Virus record (IMG/VR): IMGVR_UViG_3300045988_035205
Coordinates: 1-40,180 of that record
From: a virus
Strand: one strand, 5' to 3'
DNA length: 40,180 nucleotides
A model generated the notes under the pieces. The model worked only from the letters and a program-made list of their open reading frames with translations. It did not search any database and was not told the origin of the DNA. Of this stretch, positions 22,958 to 30,800 are shown one piece after another; the first letter of the stretch is position 1, and each line of letters begins with the position of its first letter. The position numbers and the translations under genes are program-made.

Positions 22958-23229
22958 CGGCGGTGGCCGTGACCTCGGCTGACGGCAACACGAAGCCGTC
23001 GGTCGTCCAAGGCGCGAAGCTCGCGCTCAAGGCCGTCGCCACACATGTGGACAAGACCACCGTGGACGTGACCGGACAGGCCACATTCAAGTCCAAGGAT
23101 GCAGGCGTGGCGACCGTCGAGGGAGGCACGCTAACCGCCGTCAAGGCCGGAAGCGCGAGGCTCAACGCCACATATGACGGCGTGACCTCACCAGATCTGA
23201 CGGTCACCGTCACCACACGCGCCGCCTGA
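22358..23229 (+). CDS. Major tail protein with a C-terminal Ig-like (Big_2-type) domain, made by a -1 programmed frameshift at 22945-22951
   Basis: The slippery heptamer C_CCA_AAA lies 2 codons before the stop. The -1 frame stays open for 92 further codons and encodes VTAVAVTSADGNT...ATFKSKDAGVATVEGGTLTAVKAGSARLNATYDGVTS, which is typical of a Big_2 fold. Confidence 0.7.
22945..22951 (+). promoter_or_regulatory. -1 ribosomal frameshift slippery site CCCAAAA
   Basis: X_XXY_YYZ pattern in the correct zero-frame phase (gaC CCA AAA Gcg). Confidence 0.7.
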
Positions 23230-23247
23230 CCGGCGGACGAAAATCTT

Positions 23248-23295
23248 CCCGGACCGCCCATCTCGCCTGTCTGCGCGGTCCGGGACTTCTTTTTT
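23248..23295 (+). terminator. Intra-operon intrinsic terminator after the major tail protein
   Basis: CCCGGACCGC (23248-23257) pairs with GCGGTCCGGG (23275-23284) in a perfect 10-bp stem, followed by ACTTCTTTTTT. Confidence 0.7.
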
Positions 23296-23331
23296 CACGG
23301 CAGGCAGGCGAAAAGCAGATAGGACAAGACA

Positions 23332-23754
23332 ATGACTTCAACTTCCACCGACTTCAAGCCGACCGTCGAGGATTTCGACCAGTGGACGGAGAAAAACGAT
23401 GAGGAGGCGTTCGCCTCCATTGCGCAGAACTACAAGGTGCGCCACATCATCAAGGGCGATGTGTATTGGGCGCTCGTGCCTGGCGGACGCACGTACAAGC
23501 TTCCACTGTCGATGAGCATCGACGATTTCACCAAACTGTCGAACACGTCCGACGATACGGAGAGCGTCGAACAGCTCAAACGCATTCTAAGCGCCTTCGC
23601 TGGCGACAAACAGGCGAAAGCGCTGAACGGCGAACCGGTGCAGGTGGTGTTCAACCTCCTGTCCGACTACGGCGACGCGGTAGTGCGCGCGCAGGGAGCC
23701 TCACTGGGAAAATCCAATGGTTCGCCCGCCAGCTCGCCGACCACGGGAGCGTGA
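23332..23754 (+). CDS. Tail assembly chaperone (gpG analogue)
   Basis: Located between the major tail protein and the tape measure. It contains a slippery site near its 3' end. Confidence 0.75.
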   Translation: MTSTSTDFKPTVEDFDQWTEKNDEEAFASIAQNYKVRHIIKGDVYWALVPGGRTYKLPLSMSIDDFTKLSNTSDDTESVEQLKRILSAFAGDKQAKALNGEPVQVVFNLLSDYGDAVVRAQGASLGKSNGSPASSPTTGA

Positions 23755-24077
23755 TCCGAGCCGATTTCACGGCACGTGGCTGGAGCCTGCAAACCGACCT
23801 TGGCGGCAGGCTCCGCTACGGCGACGCGATAGCGCTGCTCGAACAGCTCATTGGAGACCCGTCAACCTACACAGGCGCGGAGCTCAACGGCCTGGACTAT
23901 CCGGCCCGTTGGGGCGAGATGCTGGTCATCTACGCGCTGGGCGGCGAAGAGTATCCGAAACCTTTCGATTCGCTTGCGAAACGATTGCGGGCGGACAGGG
24001 AGAAGGCCGAGCGTGAGCGGCTGCGCGAACAGACCAAGGGCATGAGCCCGGTATTCCGGACTCTTTACGAAGACTGA
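23332..24077 (+). CDS. Tail assembly chaperone frameshift product (gpGT analogue) made by a -1 frameshift at 23706-23712
   Basis: G_GGA_AAA is in the correct phase. The -1 frame continues as GKIQWFARQLADHG... up to 24077, just before the tape measure start. Confidence 0.75.
23706..23712 (+). promoter_or_regulatory. -1 ribosomal frameshift slippery site GGGAAAA
   Basis: Classical X_XXY_YYZ heptamer (ctG GGA AAA tcc). Confidence 0.75.
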
Positions 24078-24101
24078 ATAACTGAATAGTGGAGGTTCCG
24101 C

Positions 24102-26879
24102 ATGGCGTTCGGCAGCGAACTTGGTTCCGCGCATATCAGCGTGTTCCCTTCCATGAAGGGTTTCCGCAGCACGGTCAACAAGGAGGTCGGCGCGAGCGGC
24201 AAGGCCGCGTCGAAGACCTTCGATTCGAGCATGAACGGCGGCAAAAGCGGCGGACTGTTCGGACGCGCGTTCAAAAACGGGTTCAAACAGTCGGCGAACG
24301 CGTTCGGCGCGGACGTGCTGAAATCCTATGAGCGTGACGTGGCGAAATCCACGGCCGCATACCGTCAGTCCATGCTCCAGCAGAAGGCCGCGGCGAATCA
24401 GGTGCGTGCCGCCGAGGAAAGCGTCGCCAATGCCGTCGCCAAGCACGGCGAGGGCAGCACGCAGGCCGAGGCCGCGACCATCAGACTCGAACAGGCGCGG
24501 CTGAAGCTGTCCACCATGACCGACCGGGCGACGCAGGCCGAGAACCGGTTGAAGGATGCGCAGAAGGCGCTCAAGGACGCGCAGGACAATCTCGCTTCCA
24601 GCAGTGGTTCGCTTGGATCGGCGTTCAAGAATCTTGGTTCGGCGATAATCCAGCCGGTCTCCGGCGCGTTCGGACGGGTCAAAAACGCGGCAACGTCGGC
24701 GTTCTCCGGCATCGCCACGAAAGCCCGCGACGGCATGAGCGCTGCCGGCGCTGCCATGCAATCCACCGCGTCACGTCTTACCGCGCCATTGTCTGCGAAG
24801 TTCTCCGCGATGAGCTCGGCCATCGCGGCAAGGATCCCAGCGCCTTTCAAAAACGTCAGCAATGCCATCGGCGGCTATCTCGGCAACGTCGGCGGCGCGG
24901 TCGGCGGCGTGCTTTCGCAGATTCCCGGAGCCGCCGGCAGTGTCGCGTCTGCGATAGGCTCCAAGCTCAAAAGCGGAGCCGACACCGCATGGAATGCGAT
25001 CAGCTCCATGTCTGGCAAGGCCGTCGGCGCGTTGAAGGGTGTTGCCACTGTCGGACTTGCAGGCGTTGGCACCGCCGTCGCGGCTTTGGCAGGCGTCGGC
25101 AAGAGCGCTCTCGACGCATACGCGACATACGAGCAGGCCGTCGGCGGCGTGGACACGCTGTTCAAGGACGCTTCGGGCACCGTGCAGAAATACGCGGCGG
25201 AAGCGTACCGGACAGCCGGAGTGAGCGCCAACGAGTACATGACGCAGGTCACGAGCTTTTCCGCCTCGCTGATCAGCTCGCTCGGCGGCGACACTGCGAA
25301 GGCCGCGGAACTCGGCAACACCGCCATGGTCGACATGTCGGACAACGCCAACAAGATGGGCACCGACATCGAGTCCATCCAGCAGACCTACCAGTCTCTG
25401 GCGCGCGGCAACTACGCCATGCTCGACAATCTGAAGCTCGGCTACGGCGGAACGAAATCCGAGATGGAGCGTCTGATCCAGGACGCGAACAAGGTCAAGC
25501 AGGCGAACGGGGAGATGGGCGACCTGTCCATCGACAAGTTCTCCGACGTGGTGCAGGCGATCCACATCATGCAGGAGCAGATGGGCATCAGCGGCACCAC
25601 CGCCAAGGAGGCCGCGACAACCATCGAGGGCTCTGTCGGCATGATGAAGGCCGCATGGCAGAACTGGCTGGCGGAGCTCGGCAAGGACAATGCCGACATC
25701 AACGGATTGACCAAGCAGCTGGTAGATTCGGTCGGCACGGTCATCGAGAACGTGGGTCCGCGCATCGCGCAGATCATCACCGGCATCACCGCCGCACTGC
25801 CACAACTGTTCTCCTCATTGGGCAGCACGCTGCCGGCACTGGTCATGCAGATTCTTCCGCCAGTGCTCGGAGCGTTGGGACAGCTCGGCACGATGCTGCT
25901 GACCAGCGCGATGACATGGATCTCGACGAGCCTGCCCCAGCTGCTCGCCCAGTTCCAATTGTGGGTCACGTCGACCCTGCCGTCGTTTTTGCAAACCGGA
26001 TTGACGATGGTCACGAACCTCTTGCAGGGCATCGTGCAGGCATTGCCTCAGATCGCGTCCACGGCGGTGACCGTGCTGACGACGCTGCTGGATGGATTGT
26101 CGGCCCAGTTGCCGCAGCTCATCCCTATCGGCATCAACGCCGTCCTTAACCTCGTGCAAGGCATCCTCAACAACCTGCCGCAGATCATCGACAGCGGTTT
26201 GAAGCTTATCCTCGGACTGGCGCAGGGCCTCATCAACGCCATGCCGGACTTGGTAGGCAAGGCTCCGATCCTTATCGGACAACTGGTCGGTGGCATCATC
26301 AATCGTCTCCCGCAGATCCTGCAGGCTGGCGTACAGCTGCTCTTCGCACTGGCCAACGGTTTCATTTCGTCGGTTCCACGGCTTATCGGCGCCATCCCCG
26401 GCATGGTCGGCCAGATCATGCGCGGTTTCACATCGGTTAACTGGGGGAGCGTCGGCCTGAATATCATCACGGGTATCGCGACCGGCATCGCAGGCGCGGC
26501 AGGCAGACTCGTGACCGCCGCAGTCAACGCGGCCACGAACGCGTTGGATTGGGTGAAACGCAAGCTTGGCATCCATTCTCCGTCACGCGTGTTCCGCGAT
26601 CAGGTCGGTGAGATGATCGGCGAGGGCATGGCGGTCGGCATCGACGAGAGCGCGTCGAAGGTGAGGAAGGCTGCCGGACGATTGACTGGCATTCTACCTT
26701 CGCAGGACGCCTCGTATTCCGTCGGCGTCGCCAACGCCTCGCGTGGCGTTAACGCTGCCTCCTACGGCAATGGGGGGAGCGTGACGAACATCACGCAGAC
26801 GTTCAACTATCCGGCCATCGCGCCGACGAGCATTTCCACGCAGCAGAAGCTGCAGACAGCGGCCATGCCGCAATGGTAA
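24102..26879 (+). CDS. Tape measure protein
   Basis: 925 aa, Ala/Gly/Leu-rich and helical with hydrophobic repeats. Canonical position. Confidence 0.9.
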   Translation: MAFGSELGSAHISVFPSMKGFRSTVNKEVGASGKAASKTFDSSMNGGKSGGLFGRAFKNGFKQSANAFGADVLKSYERDVAKSTAAYRQSMLQQKAAANQVRAAEESVANAVAKHGEGSTQAEAATIRLEQARLKLSTMTDRATQAENRLKDAQKALKDAQDNLASSSGSLGSAFKNLGSAIIQPVSGAFGRVKNAATSAFSGIATKARDGMSAAGAAMQSTASRLTAPLSAKFSAMSSAIAARIPAPFKNVSNAIGGYLGNVGGAVGGVLSQIPGAAGSVASAIGSKLKSGADTAWNAISSMSGKAVGALKGVATVGLAGVGTAVAALAGVGKSALDAYATYEQAVGGVDTLFKDASGTVQKYAAEAYRTAGVSANEYMTQVTSFSASLISSLGGDTAKAAELGNTAMVDMSDNANKMGTDIESIQQTYQSLARGNYAMLDNLKLGYGGTKSEMERLIQDANKVKQANGEMGDLSIDKFSDVVQAIHIMQEQMGISGTTAKEAATTIEGSVGMMKAAWQNWLAELGKDNADINGLTKQLVDSVGTVIENVGPRIAQIITGITAALPQLFSSLGSTLPALVMQILPPVLGALGQLGTMLLTSAMTWISTSLPQLLAQFQLWVTSTLPSFLQTGLTMVTNLLQGIVQALPQIASTAVTVLTTLLDGLSAQLPQLIPIGINAVLNLVQGILNNLPQIIDSGLKLILGLAQGLINAMPDLVGKAPILIGQLVGGIINRLPQILQAGVQLLFALANGFISSVPRLIGAIPGMVGQIMRGFTSVNWGSVGLNIITGIATGIAGAAGRLVTAAVNAATNALDWVKRKLGIHSPSRVFRDQVGEMIGEGMAVGIDESASKVRKAAGRLTGILPSQDASYSVGVANASRGVNAASYGNGGSVTNITQTFNYPAIAPTSISTQQKLQTAAMPQW

Positions 26880-26894
26880 TCGGAAGGAATCCGG

Positions 26895-27800
26895 ATGAAG
26901 GTCAGCTATTCTCTCAACGGCCAGCCGCTCGATTCCGAGCGGATGCGCGTGCTTGTAGGCACGACGCACTACACGGCGCTGTCGCCGATCGTGGACACCG
27001 TGCAGGTGCCTGGACGGCATGGCGTCATCGTCGGCTCGTCCATTCCGGTGTTGGATGCTCCGGAGCTGACAGTCAAGGTCGCGGCGTGGGGTGCTGATTC
27101 CGATTCGCTGATCGCGCGTTTCCGTGCCATGTGCCTGTCTGCCGCGAAGCTCACGCTCGGCAGAACGGAGACAACGGAGAGCGGCTATTCGCGCAGCATG
27201 GTCACTCGCGTCGTGTGCACGTCCTGCGAGCCGGACGATGATGAGAGGCCGTCCAGCGACCTGCGTGTCATGACCGCAGTTTTCCAATTGCCGGACGTGT
27301 TTTGGCGTGGCGTGCAGTGGCAGGAGGCGACGTTGGCCGCGTCGGGCGGCAGGCTGCTGCCGGGCGGGGTCTCCAAGCCGAGTAGCAAGGGGTATTGGAC
27401 GCGCTGGCAGGGATTGCCTAACGCCAGTCCTTCCGAGCTTTTCGACATCATGCCGGACGGCTGGCTGTCCAATGCGCCAATCGGCATACTGGTCTTGCGT
27501 TTCGGCGCAGTCACTGGTGTGACCATCAGTGACCCGGTGAGTGGCACGAATCTGCTGTGGGGCGGCAAACGTGACGCCTCGCGTCCTTATCTTTTCGTCG
27601 ATGTGGCTAATCGCAAGGCGTGGACGGCGGCCAATGCCGACGCATGGTCCGGTGGTACGGATGCGTCGAATGGCATCGACTGGACCACGGATCCATTGCA
27701 AGTGTGGCCCGCGATCGATTCTGGCGATTATCGCCTCGCAATCAAACAGACCGGCAGCGCCGACAAGGTGGTCTGCCGGTTTTTGCAATCCTGGGAGTGA
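26895..27800 (+). CDS. Distal tail protein (Dit)
   Basis: 301 aa directly after the tape measure. It contains a YWTRWQGLPNASPS junction motif at 27393-27434. Confidence 0.7.
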   Translation: MKVSYSLNGQPLDSERMRVLVGTTHYTALSPIVDTVQVPGRHGVIVGSSIPVLDAPELTVKVAAWGADSDSLIARFRAMCLSAAKLTLGRTETTESGYSRSMVTRVVCTSCEPDDDERPSSDLRVMTAVFQLPDVFWRGVQWQEATLAASGGRLLPGGVSKPSSKGYWTRWQGLPNASPSELFDIMPDGWLSNAPIGILVLRFGAVTGVTISDPVSGTNLLWGGKRDASRPYLFVDVANRKAWTAANADAWSGGTDASNGIDWTTDPLQVWPAIDSGDYRLAIKQTGSADKVVCRFLQSWE

Positions 27801-27803
27801 ATC

Positions 27804-30800
27804 ATGGCAAAGACTTTGCACGCGCGTCTCGTGGCCTATCGTCCATTCGGTGACCGACTCGGTGTGCTGGCCGAGCCGGTGAGCTTCAGCGCGTCCATGC
27901 TCCACAATGATGATGGCGCAATCAGCATCGAATACTCGCTGCTGTCCGGTGACGCTCAGGCTTTCGACCGCGAGCTTACGGACGGCCTCGAAGTGGCAGT
28001 GGAAGTCTCGGACGGTAGTGGCTTCAGGGAGCCGGATAATGCGCGATTCGTCATCACGGGACGCTCCGGTAAGACGGATGACCGCACCAAGACCGTCACC
28101 TACAGTGGCCAGTCGATTGGCTGGCTGCTGTCAAAGGCGGAAAACAATGATTCCTCGCACCTCATCGCCGATGGCGATAACAAGGGTAAAAGGCCATTTT
28201 ATTCGTCCAATCCGGGCACGATTATCAAGACCCTGCTTGACGAAAACCGTCAGCGTGGTGGCGTGGCCACCGGACTGTCGCTCGGCTTCGATACCGCGAG
28301 GGACGCGGGCGGCGCGGCATGGGCGAGGAAGTACACGCTTTACTATTCCTTGGGCACGGATCTGCAGACCATTCTCAGCTCGCTGGTCAATGGTGGCGGC
28401 TGCGACTGGCGCACAAGCGGCAGGGTACTCAAGCTTTGGAATGCGGACAGCACCGCCTTGAGCCGTGACCTGAGCGAGAGCATTGTGCTGCAATTGGCGC
28501 GTGACATCAGCGAAGCCCCATTCGAGGAGTCCATCGCCGACCTGGCATCAACCATCCTTGTCGAAGGTGACAATAATCTGCTCTTCCGCATGGATAATCC
28601 AGCTGCTCCGACGCCTTGGGGCAAGTGGGAATCCTATAGCTCGCAGGGTGGCGTGTCCGATAAGGATACCGCGCAGGCATTCATGCAGTCCACGCTTGAT
28701 GATGCGGCTAGGGTACGCGGCCAGTACACGCGCGATCTGGTGACTTCCGGCGTGGATAATCTACCGCTCATCGACTTCCACGCCGGCGACTGGATCACCG
28801 CGCCAACAGTCACTCACGGCGAGAAGGTGCGCGTCCAGGAAATCGATTTGAGCATGCGCCAGAACGAGGGCCTATCCTGCTCAATCGCTCTGAACGACAT
28901 CAAGTACGACGCTTCCGTGCGTCAGGCGAAGAAGATCAAGGGCATCACCGGTGGTGCCGCGTTGGCCGGTAGTGAGGGCGGCACGACCGCCTCGTCCGAT
29001 CGTGACCATCGCGTGCCGAAGGCTCCGCTTGGTCTTGTGGCGCAGACTGATGCCTATATCGGCAGCGACGGTTTCGCGCATGGTCTGGCCACCGCCATGT
29101 GGAGTGCGGTCATGCAGGCCACGAACAACACCGCCATCGAGATCTCGAACTATGCCGTCGAGTGGCGCAGGCACGTGGATGGCGCGCCCTGGCATTCCGC
29201 TGGCACGACGGATAAGACGCAGCTTGGCTTCGGCGGTTTGGATTGCGGCACGCAAATCGAGGTGCGCGTCAGGGCTGTGCCGACGTATTCGGACAAGCTT
29301 GGTGAATGGTCGAGCGTTTTCGTGGCCACCGTCGAATCGGACGTGACGCCTTGCTCTGTGCCATCCAAGCCGGTATTGTCGTCCGAGCTTGGCGTGGTGA
29401 CCGTCCACTGGGACGGCAGGACCTCCACCGGCGCGTCGATGGAATCGGACTTCGACCATGTCGAGGTCGGCGAGGGCGCTAACGCGGCCGGCATGACCGT
29501 CATCAGCGCCACGCAGGCAGGTCAGGGCGATTATCTCGTGACCGGTCTGACAGCCGGCTCCCAGCACTCCTACGCCTTGCGCTCCGTCGATCATGCGGGC
29601 AATCGTTCCGGCTGGTCGGCAGTCGCTTCGGTGACGGTCGCGTCGGCGGTGTCGCCGGAAGAGGTCAAGCAGATCCAGAAGGATTTGGCTGACAACAAGA
29701 CGGCGTTGATGGATAATACGGCGAAGCTCGATCAGGCGAGGAAGGATATCGCCGCGAATCAGGCCGCTCAGGCGGATACGGCGAATGCTCTCGAATCCGC
29801 GAAGTCGGACATCAAGGCGAACCAGTCGGCCATCAACTCTGCCAACGCAACGTTGAGTGATAACACCGCGAAGCTGACGCAGGCGCAGAAGGACATTCAG
29901 GCGAATAAGACTGGTCTTGATGCGGCGAATCAGACGCTCTCGCAGGCCAAGGCCGATCTGTCGCAGGCGCGGAGGGACATCGCGCAGACCAAAAGCGACC
30001 TGGCCACGGCGAACGGGGAGATCAGCAAGGCGAAGGAGTCGGCGGCGCAGGCGTATGCCGAAGCCCATAGCAAGAACCATACGTTTCGCGGTCCCGACGA
30101 GCCGAAGGGCAATCTCATCGTCGGTGACCTGTGGCTCAAGACGCAGAAGTATTGGACGAGGTGGAAGGGCGAGAAGAACGCAAGCCCATCACTGCTCGCG
30201 GACTTTTACACGTACTGGACCGGCGCGCCGAACAATTCTCCTTCCGTGCTCGTGCCATTGGCCGACCGCGTGATCGACACGCTTGTCTGGGATGGCTCCG
30301 CTTGGAACCACATGGGCTATGCCGATGTCGAGAAGAACGCAGACGAAATTTCCAAGGCTAAGTCGGATATCGCGGACAATGCCGCGAAGACCACCGACGC
30401 CAAGAAGGCTGCCGAGAACGCCGCTGCCGCAGCGAAAAACGCGCAGGGCACGGCTGACACGGCAAATGGTGCGGCGAAGACCGCGCAGGACACCGCCAAT
30501 GCGGCCAACGCCGCCGCGAAGAGCGCGACCGCGACCGCCGGTCAGGCCAAGGATGCCGCCAATGCGGCGCAGACCGCCGCCGAGAGCGCGAAGAAGACCG
30601 CTGGCAATGCGGAGACTTTGGCGAACACCGCCAACGCTTCGGCCAATGCGGCGAAGTCCGACGCGGCTTCGGCCAAGACGGACGCGTCGAATGCGAAGGC
30701 CACCGCCTCGAATGCGTCGAGTGTGGCCACGCAGGCCAAGGCCACCGCAGACAGCGCGGCACAATCCGCCACCGACGCGGCCACCGCCGCGCAGAAAGCG

